Assembly: GCA_040954595.2 (NCBI GenBank)
Contig: CM082597.2
Location: 8,649,778 to 8,713,777 of the forward strand
Direction of reading: 5' to 3'
Source: Balanoglossus misakiensis
Taxonomy: Eukaryota; Animalia; Hemichordata
DNA length: 64,000 nt
Both the position numbers and the translations under genes were made by a program. Under the pieces are notes generated by a model, which saw nothing but the letters and a program-made list of their open reading frames with translations, was not told the DNA's origin and searched no databases. This document shows positions 1 through 11,920 of the stretch, piece after piece; within the stretch, counting starts at the first letter, position 1, and every line of letters begins with the position of its first letter.

Positions 1-2411
1 TCGTTAGAACTGTTAAGTAAAATCCCATACCCAGATGTGTCCTCACTATTATCAGAATTATGAACCCCAGGTTCGGTTTGTTGCCCTGTATGTACATTAT
101 TTATACAAGGTGAGTTTATGGGCTCAGTGTTTAAACAGTTATCTACCATTGGAAACTGACTGTTAGGCTTGTAATTCATTTCAGGCGCATGCTCTAAATC
201 AGTGACGTCGGACCTGTACCCCTCACATTGTTGATATGGTCCCCTTGACAACCCGTCAGCATTCATGTGTTTCTTACCAGGTCTATAGATAATTTCGTAC
301 TGCTGCATGGTCATTATCCAACGGCCAATACGCCCCCTTGGTATTTTCTGTTTAAACATGTAAGTCAGATTGGAGTGATCAGTCACTATAGTGACATGGT
401 TGCTCCGTACACAGTGATCACATTGTCGGATAGCATGAATGACGGCCAAAGCTTCCAATTCTGTAATTGAGTAATTTCTTTCGTGACAGTTTAAACTTCG
501 ACCCCCATATAAAATCACTCGTTCAACACCATTCTGTCGTTGAGCTAAAACAAACCCCAGGGCATGAGTGGAACTATCGGTATAAATTATGAAATTTTCA
601 TTCATATCCAGATACCCTAGAATTGGTGCTTGACACAGGACATGTTTTAATTTCTCAAATGCATGTTCGCATCGATCATCCCATTCAAATTTCGTGTCCT
701 TTCCCAACAATTTATGCAGAGGCCTTGCAATGATCGAGAAATTCTTTATAAACTTTCTATAATAATTGGCCAACCCCAAAAATGATTTCAGCTGTGTGAC
801 AGTATGGGGACGGGGATATTCTTTAACAGCTGTTACTTTACTCCCATCAACCGCAATTCCATCCTTACTGATAATATGACCCAAAAATTTAACATTCTTT
901 CTCATAAATTGACATTTGCTGGGTTTTAATTTCAATCCAGCTTGACGTAACCTGGTTAGGACAGTATCAATGTGTTGTAGATGCTCCTCAAAAGAGCTGC
1001 TAAATATAATAATATCATCAATATAACATAACACATATTGCCACATAATATTGCGTAACACGTGTTGCATAGTACGCTGAAAACAACTGGGACTATTTCG
1101 CAACCCCTGGGCAAGTCTCCTGTATTGATATAACCCTTGATGTGTGACAAAAGCTGTTTTTGGTCTGCTCTCTTCATCTAATTCCAATTGAAAAAATCCT
1201 GACTGTAAGTCAAGCGTCGAAAAATACTGAGGCTTATTCTTGCCTAACATTTCAAGAGATTCGTCAGTTCTGGGTAAAGGAAACGAATCAGGCACTGTAA
1301 TATTATTCAAATGACGGAAATCTGTGCAAAAACGCCACGAACCATCAGGCTTTTTGACTAAAACTACTGGACTAGCAAACGGTGAAGTGGACGGCTCGAT
1401 AATATTTTGTTCTAACAGCTGATCAACTTGTCGCTCAAGTTCACGCCTTTTCTCAGGCGTTACTCGGTAAGGTGGGCGACGGAACGGGGCAGCACCCTCT
1501 TGTAATCGTATTGTATGTTTGATTACATCACAGTTGCCTAAACGACCACTAGAATCAACAAAAGCTTCCATATTGTGCAGTAAAACATCTCTAAGCTGTT
1601 TACGCTGTGCCTTAGTTATCTCTAATTCATTAAATTTCAATTGACCCATCAAATAATTCGTCTCTTTCTGTGTACGGGGCCCTTGAGGTGAGACACAATT
1701 AACGGCAGTATTATCGAGTGGGATTATTTCACTATTACGGGGCAAGGGCGAAAACATTCCAACAACACTGTTTTTCTTAATTTTGACCACAGTATCCAAA
1801 GTGTTTACAACTCGCATGGGAAGAAAATTCTTATTCGAATAGGCCAACCCCCTTCTTAACGGTACGTCTGATTGTAATCTTAAAATATTACTCTTGAAAT
1901 CAATAACAGCTCTATAACGCTTCATAAAATCAAGTCCCAAAATCAGATTATGCTGAAGAGACTCAACTAAATTAACATACAGTAATACACGCTTATTCCC
2001 AATAAAAGCAGGTAATTTCATAAATCCAACTACCTTCAATTTGTCTTCGTTTGCTGTTTGTACACAATTATATCTGGACTTGAACATCGGATAATTCTTT
2101 AGAGCGGGTACTAGCTCTAACAACCGAATAGGAGCTACAGTAATATGTGCTCCAGTATCAATTAATGACGTCACTTTTTCATGACATATTGAAATTGGAA
2201 TAACATTCTCATGAAAAGCACACCCATCTTTGTTAACAAAGTTTGCACCCTCTTTAACATTATAGGCACCCTCTTTCCCGAGTGCATTTATACCTGTACA
2301 TGACCTCCTGTCGGACGATCCATCAAAATAAAATTTCCGACTAGGCTTCGAAACATTTCCAGAGAACGCATATTTTGAACAATTTCTAGCTATATGATCG
2401 TAACGCCCACA
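1..2411 (-). CDS. pol: Gypsy Pol (zinc knuckle tail, aspartic protease, RT, RNase H), runs off the window
   Basis: CGRYDHIARNC (2411), DTG (2159), YIDD (1025-1014) and NADGLSR (about 260) all fall in the same minus frame. Also KPDGSWRFCTDFR and FSTLDLQSGFFQ. Confidence 0.9.
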
Positions 2412-3232
2412 TTAAAACATGCACGGGAATTAAATTGACTATGTCGAGGAAAACGTTGGGTAGAGTGCCCAGTAAAATTATATCTGTTCCTCTTTACCTT
2501 ATAGTCTATTGTTCGTTCTCTTGCTCTGTAATTCGGCGATTTCTTCTCTCTGTTTGTCGATCGTCCTCGATGATCTGCCGCGCTTGATTTGGTCTTCATT
2601 TCTTGATCTTCTTGTTTCATCTCGTCAATCCGTGTCGAGATTTGTTGTAAAAGACCCGCTTCTGGCTCGTCTGTCTCTGGTAATCCTGCCACGACCTCTG
2701 CTGTTCGAGCATGTTTGTACGCTGTTTCGAAGTCCTTAGGTGACATTCCCGCTACGAACTTTAGTATGTCCGGTCTCAGTCCGTTCATGAAGAAAGATAG
2801 TAGTTCCTCATCAGTCTTTTTCGCTTTTTCTGCTTTTTCGCATATTAATTCCGCATATTGTTCAACAGTCTGGTCCGGCAGTTGCTTCAGGCGAAACAGT
2901 TTCTCGTCATACAGCCACATCGGACCGCACTTATCAAAACGAGCGAGGAAGACATTTTGCAGTGTCGTCAAGTCATTTTTCTTTTCAGCAGACAGTCTGT
3001 AGAACCATCGCTCCGCTTCACCAGTCAAATATAGTCCGATTCCTTTAAGCCGTTTCTCGTCTGACCATTGCTTAAAGTCAGCAAAGTCTATATATTTTTT
3101 CCACCATCGGTGTGCATTCTCAGTCTCTGTAGCCGAAAAGAAACCTGGACCTACCTGACCTCCAGCTCTGAGTGTAACCTGTCGTATTTCCGATATTTGA
3201 CTGTTCATGTCGTTTAGCATCTCGCGATCCAT
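2390..3232 (-). CDS. gag: Gypsy Gag (retrotransposon capsid)
   Basis: Motifs YLTGEAERWF, LKQLPDQTVEQYA and FFMNGLRPDI. Likely ATG at 3232, since the ORF-track GTG start at 3295 lies in the PBS. The frame shifts inside the CCHC knuckle at about 2412. Confidence 0.9.
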   Translation of the reverse strand: MDREMLNDMNSQISEIRQVTLRAGGQVGPGFFSATETENAHRWWKKYIDFADFKQWSDEKRLKGIGLYLTGEAERWFYRLSAEKKNDLTTLQNVFLARFDKCGPMWLYDEKLFRLKQLPDQTVEQYAELICEKAEKAKKTDEELLSFFMNGLRPDILKFVAGMSPKDFETAYKHARTAEVVAGLPETDEPEAGLLQQISTRIDEMKQEDQEMKTKSSAADHRGRSTNREKKSPNYRARERTIDYKVKRNRYNFTGHSTQRFPRHSQFNSRACFNVGVTII

Positions 3233-3290
3233 GCTGTAATCTTTCCGCTGGACGTCGCCGTTTCTGTCTCCGATGGATTTGTTTCGTCTA

Positions 3291-3307
3291 CCCACGTATC
3301 TCCACCA
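3291..3307 (-). promoter_or_regulatory. Primer-binding site, probably for tRNA-Ala
   Basis: Minus strand TGGTGGAGATACGTGGG directly after the LTR CA. TGGTGGAGAT is complementary to the ...ATCTCCACCA 3' end of eukaryotic tRNA-Ala. Confidence 0.7.
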
Positions 3308-3830
3308 TGTATTACGGCTGGTTTCTCATGATTGTTCATGCATCGGGGAATCTGTAGCGATGAGGTATCGGGCTCTGACGAGAACAGTGATCCACGGAGA
3401 CACGTATCTGATTCACGTTCATTTATTGTGCAGAACTACTCCAGTACATCAAATACGCCCAGTAAAGTACATGAGGAAGGGAACGAGCTCAGTAGCCTGA
3501 GGTACTCCCATCTCCCGTTAGATTATTTCTCCTCAACTTTGGAAACAAAGTTCTCTTATAATTACTTTTCTCAAGGCGTGGTTAATAATGTAAAATATAT
3601 GTGTTACAATTTCATTGGGCATCAGTCAACTCTATACGAACCAATTTACATAAGGTGTTATATAACAAAGTCAGTTCGGTGATGATTGACAATCAGAGCA
3701 GTCAGTTAAACACCCGCTCTCCCTATCTACTTCAAATACATAAAATCAAATACTATCAAACATTGACATTTCCGAGCTCTGGATTAATTAACCCTTGAAA
3801 TCGTATTTGACCTTTATACAGATCGTAACA
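3308..3830 (-). repeat. 5' LTR of the Gypsy element (523 bp)
   Basis: Minus strand begins TGTTACGATC at 3830 and ends ...GTAATACA at 3308. It abuts the PBS on one side and the LINE RT coding sequence on the other. Confidence 0.85.
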
Positions 3831-4793
3831 ACTGTGTTGTGGGGTAATGAAACCTCAGAGTTGTTTTCTGTTTCTAACGGTGTAAGCCAAGGGGGAGTAC
3901 TCTCTCCCTATCTTTTTAATGTCTACATTGATGATCTTATCAATGCACTCTGTAAAGCCAAAGTTGGCTGTACCATATGTGGTGTCAGCGCTAACATTTT
4001 AGGTTACGCTGACGACATGACTCTACTCAGTCCAAGTATTAAGGGTCTACGCCGTCTTCTTAGAATTTGTGAAATTTATGGCAAGGATTATGATATCATT
4101 TATAATTCTAGTAAAACTGTGTGCATGCTTTTTAATGGGAAGAATATGAGCGTTCAAAGAATTCCTTCGGTTAAACTTAATGACATCACTTTAAAGTTTG
4201 TACCTGTACACACCTATCTGGGCCATGTTATATCTTGTGATGGTTGTGATAATGAAGATATTGAACGACAGAGAAGAGCATTTTGTGTTAGAGCAAACAT
4301 GCTATTGAGACATTTTCAACATTTTAGTCAAGATGTGAAGAAAGTTTTATTTTTGGCATATTGTAGTAATATTTACTGTTGCAGTTTGTGGGCATCCTTT
4401 AAAGTTAAATCGATGAAAAAATTTAAAACTATGTACAATAATATTTGGAGAAGACTTCTCGGTCTTCCGCCATTTTGCAGTGCATCGGGTATGTTTGCTA
4501 CAAACCATGTACATGTATTGTCACTTGGTGAAGTTTTTAGACGCAATATGTACAGTTTTAAGCGTAGACTCGAAAATTCTTCTAATGTTTTACTTGATGC
4601 GATCTGTTCATCAGATAGAGCGACTGACAGCATATTTTTCAAACATTGGCGAAAGCAATTGTATATCATGTAATTCTGCAGAGTTTTTTTTTTGTGTGTG
4701 TCTCAGTTTCAGATTTTTATTATTGTTTTTTTTTCTTCTCTCTTTTGGGTATATGGACTTTTTTTAAAGTCTGAAATAAAGAATTATTATTAT
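3831..4793 (+). mobile_element. 3' part of an RTE-X-like non-LTR retrotransposon (RT C-terminal half plus 3' tail)
   Basis: NGVSQGGVLSPYLFNVYIDDL...GYADDMTLLSPS, stop at 4673, then AATAAA and an (ATT)n tail at about 4775-4793. The 5' part is displaced by the Gypsy insertion. Confidence 0.85.
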
Positions 4794-5544
4794 TTGTTAG
4801 CTGTTGCCATTCAAATGTGTCTACGCAAACCCGGTACACTGGCAGTGGGCTTTGACTCTAAGTCGCTAATGTTGTGGGAGGTTTCATTAGCATTGTAGTC
4901 ACATGTAGTGGATAGTAGTTTGGGAAATTGCCTGAAATACGTCAGCAGACCAGTGATTTTCTTGCACGAAGGGAGTATGGTACCAGCAATAATCAGAGAT
5001 CAGGCTTCGTTGCCGTTCAAAAGTTCCTACTTCAGTCGTGATGTTGCAACTGGACGTTCAGTATGGGGGTCGGCCCGCAGGTGGCCGTGTGGGTTATCAG
5101 GTCGCCCGTAACGGCACGCAGCTACATGCAGCTGTATGGGACCAAAATAATACACCCGATTCGGGTGTCACCTGTGACACCTGCATAACTCAATAATTAT
5201 GTGCATGCGTAATTGTGGGGTCAATGAAAGGGGTGGTAGCGTGGTATTTGTTGCACATGGATCAATATGAAGTCCGATTTTCCCGTCAAGTTGTGGGCGA
5301 CCTTATGTGACCTTTCACCTACTTTTGCTTAGTGAGCATCCACAGCAGATGCATGCAGCTTTGGCTTGGGGGGGGGGCATATACGGATGGGACCATAATG
5401 ATATACCAAAGGCGGGGTCACCTGGTGCACCTGCCTAAGTCATTGATTTTGTACATTTAATTGGACACTAACCAACAGGGCGATAGGTGTGGTTTTTGTT
5501 CCACAGGGACGAATGTAAGTGTCAGTTGGTTTTTGCCCAAATGT

Positions 5545-6308
5545 CCATTGAGGCCTGTATTGACAAGATTACCATTGGTTCAAGCTCTGTTCCCGTCGTT
5601 AAATCAGCTCGCAATATTGGTGTAATATTTGACAATACGCACATGTATAAAGATCACATCAAGAAAACTTGTCAATCAATATATTACCACTTTCGCCGTG
5701 TCGGACAAATCAGGAAATTTCTTAACAAAGCAACATGTCAAACAGTGATTCATGCTATTTTGGCAGCGAAACTCGACTATGGTAATGCATTACTGTATGG
5801 TATACCAGAAAGCAGTCTGAACCTTCTACAACGCACATAAAATACAGCTGCAACAATCATAACTCAGTCCAGGAAGTCTGCCCATATAACGCCAGTTCTT
5901 CAACTTCTTCATTGGTTACCAGTTCGCCACAGGATAGAGTATAACATAAATCTGCTCACATACAAAGCCTTAAATAATCTCGCTCCGAACTATATCCGCG
6001 ATCTCATTCGGACATATTCTCCTGGTCGCAGGCTTCGTTCAGCTAATAAGAGCCTTTTATGCACTACAATGTACAAACGTTCTTCATACGGTGGCCGAGC
6101 ATTCTCACATGCTGCACCGAAACTGTGGAACTCTCTGCCACAAGACATTCGTCAAGCTCCAAGTTTGAGTATCTTTAAGAAAAGACTGAAGACGCATTAT
6201 TTCGCAAGAGCATATGGTGTGGGCCAATGAGCACAAGCGCCTTTGAGTATGACACTTGTTATAGATACTGGCGCTATACAAATTTCTCTGATTGATTGAT
6301 TGATTGAT
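5545..6308 (+). mobile_element. 5'-truncated, decayed L2-clade LINE
   Basis: VKSARNIGVIFD...KLDYGNALLYG, an in-frame stop at 5840, then HITPVLQLLHWLPV. Ends in an (ATTG)n tail after GGCGCTATACAAAT. Confidence 0.85.
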
Positions 6309-7114
6309 GTATAAGGTGATTTGGATGACCTCTGTCATACAGTGCCATATCTCATCCCGTTGTACAGGTGCAGCTTTGGTATTTGGAGGGATGAAACTAT
6401 CATGAAATGCCAAATACAGGGGATACCTTTGACACCTGCTTGATTCATGTATTACGTGCATACCTAATGTTAGGCAAAGGGAAAGGGCTGCAAATGTACG
6501 ATTTGTTGCACAAGACATAAACAGGAATGAAATTTTTGTCAAATTTTTGAATGACCTCAGGTGTCCATTGACCTGCTTTCCACATGTTAGCATGCACATC
6601 ATATATAGCCACGTGTTTGGAGGGGTAGGGTAGGACCGTCATGAAATGCTAAATTCCTAGGGACACCTGTAACTTACTTGCGTAACTCATTATTATGGCC
6701 ATACCAAATTTTAAAAACCCAAAGGGCGAGAATTTTCCGTTGTCTTGAATATGAACCAAATAGGAATCCAAATTTTTGGCCCAATTTTTGAGTACCCTCA
6801 GCTGACCTTTGAAGTACTTAACTGAAGTCCTTACATAACGTAGAAGTTCACTTTTGGTTGTTGTGTTTGTACTTGTAGGACATCCATTTCGGGTGGTTGC
6901 CTACTTCCCCATATCTCCACATCCAGAGCAAATACAGCCTACACATTTGAATGGTACAACCCTGAATGGAGTCTAATGGTTATTATCTCTATGCTTGGGC
7001 CCCTTCAATGCTGATTGCAGCTTTAATTATTACTATTATTATTGTCACGATATAAAGACACCAACTAAAAACTTACAAAATCACAATGTCTTCACAACTC
7101 AAAATTTCACTCAC

Positions 7115-8230
7115 TTCTTTTAGTTTGGTAGCCACCCCTCCTTTCTGTCCTAGCATAACAGGAGCACCATCACTGCCCAAAGCAGACAGACGATCTCTTA
7201 AGACAATACCATTCTCTGAAGAAAACTCTTTCACTGACTGTGCAATGGTGTCTGCTCTGCCATCACCAACCTAAAACAGTGAAAATAAAACCTTGATGTT
7301 AACACATGCAATGTACAACTCAATGTTTGTCTCACCTGAAATAACTAGTCAGCAAAATCAATTAAATGAGGTCACTCAAAAACATGTTTAATCGTATGTT
7401 TTTAATTCAGTGTAGACTTAAAAATTGAAAAACTTTCCACTTACTTCTTTAACTCCAAGGAAAGACACAACTGACTTCCCAGACTTCAAGGTATACTTGG
7501 AATAGATGATTAATTGCTTCAATACAGCCACATCAGTTGTTTTCATCTATTAACAGTGAATAGAAGTTACTTCCTTTCATCTTCTCTAAAATCTCATCAC
7601 GGATGACTTTGCCTGAAAAATGAAATAAATGAAAATTACTCTTCAGATTAAACTTATCAAAATTCACAGTAATTTGTACAGTAATTATTATTTATTGAGT
7701 GTAACACTATTGCTTAAACAGTGATCCTTTCTTGAAAACAACCAGGTTTAAATAAATGTTACTACATTGCCTACAATTTAGATCTGCACAAAAATCAGTA
7801 GACCTACTTACCAATGCAATAAACCATTATAGTTGTGGTCATCACTGCTGAGAGTACCAAGGAATAAACACCCGAGGGACTTTGCCAATTCCAAAACATG
7901 GATGAATTTGGTGGTGTGCGGCAATTCTCTGTGCATGAGAAAATACATGCATCGTAGGACGCCGATGCATGAAGGCTTGCGTCTCAACGGTGATGACCTT
8001 GTCAAATGCAGCCACAAGACCGCTGCTATTCTCGGTAACTGCTGCCTCGGCGTCAAGCTGCATTGCCGCCCGGTCGATAATCGTCTCTTCATGCTGCTTG
8101 AGTTTGTCTTCGCGAAGGGTGGTACATGTACATGTACATGGAGATGTTGTAACCCAAGTCCCTCCGCACTTGGCCTTCTGCTTGTGTTTTGTACAAAGGC
8201 GACAAAACATCCCTAAACTGAATAAATATC
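7115..8230 (-). pseudogene. Decayed intron-containing hAT transposase (ZNF862-like); exons about 8230-7812, 7612-7445 and 7270-7115
   Basis: Zn-finger MFCRLC; YFL..ELPHTTKF; FYSLLIDE[fs]TTDVAVLKQLIIY (first catalytic Asp); LGSDGAPVMLG (second Asp). GT-AG introns and several frameshifts. Confidence 0.85.
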
Positions 8231-10528
8231 ATTCTCTCAAATGCCAGCCGCATGCGGGAGCGTGCACCAGAAACAATAAATATTTACCAAGGCGGGAATG
8301 AAAAGAAAGCAGGGCGGCGCGTAAGATAGCAGGGTGGCAAAAAATAAAGAAGGGCGGGTCTGCCCAGCTAACCCCCCCCCCCCCAAAGTATTAACGCTCT
8401 GTGTTTACCATAGACTAATAGTGTGAACCTGGTAAGAGACGTGTCTCAAATCTGAGAAGATTCAGGACCACTTATACCATTCACCAATAATAATTTATGC
8501 CAGTATTTGATCTGAGACGTTTTAGCAATTTCTTGTGTGACCCCCATATCAGTTGAAGCTGACAAATCCAGTATTTTGAATTTTTACATGGATTTTGTAT
8601 ACAGTGTGAATTGTAATTAAAGCTCCATTACCTTTACCTTTTTCCTATGTTTTCAGTATCTTTGTTTAGCAGTTTCTTGTGCAAATTCCCGAAACATGAT
8701 GAAACATATATGTGTATGGTCAGCATTGTTATTGTGCCAAATTGGAATTTAAGTCCAGACTAGAATCCATGAATTATTGTCAACAATGACAATGGCCATT
8801 ATACACATACATTCTGTGCTGACAAGTAACAATCTGTGTGGAGTAGAACATGAAATCGCATTTGCTACATAGAACAAAATTACTGGAAATAAAGCCAAAA
8901 GATACAACGAATGTATATTTAACTTTAACTGCATTCTCATTCTCATCTGTATATATTTTACTGAGATTGTTTCATCAGGGTTTATCAGTATTCTAAACCA
9001 GCTTATGTGTGCATACAATCTGATTAAAATCAGATGTAGGGTACGGCGACGTCTTTTACTTCGCAGTACAGTATTCTTATACTGTCGCCTCACACTATAT
9101 CTGACCAACTCCCATAGAAGCTCCCGTTGAAAACTCTAGTAAACCAATCAGACGGTGCCTTATAGAGAACTTTAGGTATCCTTCAGTTTTGATTGACATA
9201 ACGTGCAATCTGATTGGCCTGGCCGCAACGGGACGTTGAACAAGCTTCTATATCTGATTCATATAATACTGAAAGGGTTAAGAATGGCACACACTACATG
9301 TATGAGCTCATGGAATGTGTTTCTTCCCATAGGATAACATTAAGAATTGATAGAAAACCCTTTTCTACTATTGTAATTTTAAGAAGTTTCACTCATAACT
9401 CATCCAAATGAATTTAAATTGAGTGATTCATATAAGTTGTAGGCTCACCACTGTGCTCAGTTTTGAGATAAACTTAAATGTGTCCATGCCTATAGAAAAA
9501 TAACATAGAAAGACCTATGGTGAAAAATGTTGACTTTAATTCAGGCTGCATTAGTGGAAAAATAATCATACTTTGTCTGGCATAGAAACTCAGAATCTAC
9601 AAAAAAGGCCTTTAAAACATGAATGGAAATGAAAATACTGCTACAATAAGAAATTCTTACCTTGAATAAAGTATTTATTGGTACCACCACTTCCATAAAG
9701 AAACCACTGTGCTGGTGTAATGAGTTGTCAATCTGGGTTTGCTCATTGGCCTTGCTTTGAGTTCCAATTCATGATGATGGTGTATTAGGGCACTGGACTT
9801 GAAACAGGTGTATGCTGGTATTATACACGTTGAAAGTATTGTCATTCTTTTAATTGTGGATTTTTGGATTATGCTGTGTATGTATAATGAGAATCCGTTA
9901 AAAATTGCAGGGGTCATTGCCCTTTTTAAAAAAAATACAGAGCCATGAATTTAGTTGATAATAGAAGAAATTTGCTGTCTCAGCATTTTTCACCAATGGT
10001 TTGTCTATGGGCGAAGATTTTAACGCAATTTATCTCATAATAGAGCTTGGTGACCACATAATTTTTTTTGACCAATGAATTTACGTTTACTTGTCTGAGC
10101 TATGTGTAAAATTTCGTGAAAAAGACAATAGTAGAAGTTTGTTTTCTGGCAATTATCGATGTAATCCTTTCAGGAACAGACACACATGCACTGTTTATCA
10201 GTTTATGTTGTGCGTGTACATCCTTAAATGGTATTTGCCTCTCATGCCTTCCAAATTGTGATTCTGTTCTAGTGTTTTTGTTAAGAGCGGTACCTAGATA
10301 AAATCTACCGGAGTACCCCAGTCACTCCGAATTAAAACAACAGAACAAGGCCAATGTCACAGTGGTCAGGCAGTCTACGAGAGTTCCCCAGTCATTTTAC
10401 CGGGGTTCCCCTGGGTGTATCAATGTGGTTATATTAGGAGGTTATAGGAATATTAACGGGGTTCCCAAATCCATTACCAATGTTCCCCGACCTTTGCAAA
10501 AACACTGTGTTCTTTTTATCCTCCACAG

Positions 10529-11103
10529 GAAGAGACAAAGAAAAGCATAGCAACCTCTGCTGATACTGCCACAACAAGCACAAGCACAAACACACCCCAG
10601 CCTGTAACTTCTGCGAACCAACAACCCCCACCCTATCCAGCCGCAGCATACCAGCAACACTTCCAGCAGATGTCATACCCGAACCCATTCGTGTCTCAGT
10701 ACGCTGCGTTTGCAGGAGCCGGACAGCCGCCACAACACAGAGATGCGGCATCGAACAACGACAACACCGTTCAACCGCCAGCCGATGCAACACCCCAGGC
10801 AGATGTCAACACTCCCCTAGCACCAGAACCTGCAACTGCCAACACAGAAAACACCCCCAGAGAAATGCCAATGACAATGCTACCACAGAGACAAACATAC
10901 GACAAAGAAATGTCAGCCAGCAAGGGTATGAGCAACCCAGAAGAAGAAACGACACACTATCAAATCAGAATAATCGCCAGATACGTCAGCAAGAAAATAG
11001 TAATTCTTTCGTGTTGATAGTGCTGTTGAGTCTAGCCTTAGCAGCTCTTATGTTGAGACGATTATTCATTACATACGAGTTTAAATTTGATTATAATGTG
11101 TAG
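10529..11103 (+). pseudogene. UBE2J1: Terminal exon of a UBE2J1-like E2 (disordered linker plus C-terminal TM anchor) with a frameshift at about 10863
   Basis: Acceptor tttttatcctccacAG, then a phase-0 frame EETKKS...PPPY...TENTPRE. The shifted frame ends FVLIVLLSLALAALMLRRLFITYEFKFDYNV*, resembling the human UBE2J1 C-terminus as recalled (AVLIVILTLALAALIFRRIYLANEYIFDFEL). Confidence 0.75.
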
Positions 11104-11728
11104 TTTATGAAAATATTTAATTAATTCACAACTGATGACAGGTCAAATGTTATTATTTTCCTCGAGTTTTCATACACATCTGGAATGTTGTCTATATCTT
11201 AACAAAAACTATTGTTGAAAAGTGCTGGTGAAAAATCAAGCCAGCCATTATTTATTGTATTGAAATAGATGGGGGGAGGCACAATGAAAATGGCATATGT
11301 TTAGTCTATAGATTTCTGGAAACCACTGGTGAACTCGCTGATAGTACTGAGCAATCTGAATGATATGAACATAGTGGTTATTTGGTTGTAGATACAAGAC
11401 CTCTCTGCAAAATTTTCCTCAAAGAGGTTTTAAATCCGTAACCAAATATAAGCGCACACCATTTATAATGTCATTATATATAATATGATTTTGTGTGATA
11501 AAAAATCTGATGTTTGGATTTTAAGTATTACATGCCAGAAAGGCCTCGTTGCTCACTGCTCATGAAAATGCCACTTGTACAAACATGTTCTAGAATTTCT
11601 TAAGTAGAGCGCCCTGATGCCCATGACCAATCCAAGTTTATAAATTGTGTTCTATTCAGATGCATTCTCTTTTGTGTATTTTATTTCAGTTATTTACTGT
11701 TCAGGTCTTCTAGTAGAGAATGTTATGA

Positions 11729-11920
11729 CAGAACCCCATGGCTCGATCGTGCAAGCACGGCGTAACGGTAGTATTTGCATCGAGTGTCTGGCGGTGTATT
11801 CTTGCGCCTGTCCCCCGCACTCGCTGTCGCTCGTGCGGGGGGAAGCAAGAATACACCGCCAGCACGAGTGCAAATACTACCGGTACGCCGTGCTTGCACG
11901 ATTGAGCCATGGGGTTCTGT
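11729..11920. repeat. Near-perfect GC-rich palindrome of about 190 bp (non-autonomous DNA element)
   Basis: ACAGAACCCCATGGCTCGATCGTGCAAGCACGGCGTA... pairs with ...TACGCCGTGCTTGCACGATTGAGCCATGGGGTTCTGT. Confidence 0.85.

Larger units (their letters stand above)
1..3830 (-). mobile_element. Ty3/Gypsy LTR retrotransposon (5' LTR, PBS, gag-pol), truncated by the left window edge
   Basis: LTR with TG...CA ends at 3830..3308, followed directly by a PBS. Domain order is gag, CCHC, protease (LIDTGAHIT), RT (CYIDDIII), RNase H (TDH, NADGLSR), i.e. Gypsy order with no integrase before RT. Confidence 0.95.

Noticed and set aside
2405-2420. Programmed -1 gag-pol frameshift
   Set aside because: There is no X XXY YYZ heptamer, the -1 frame has TAA immediately upstream, and the shift splits the CCHC motif. 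A 1-nt deletion is simpler.
9830-10150. Similarity to 55091-55430 (also 12260-12370 vs 62626-62745, and 23275-23418 vs 60715-60868) as evidence of a large duplication
   Set aside because: The matches are short, diverged and have unrelated flanks, consistent with ordinary interspersed repeats.
10670-11017. Stand-alone 115-aa ORF
   Set aside because: Better explained as part of the frameshifted UBE2J1-like exon.
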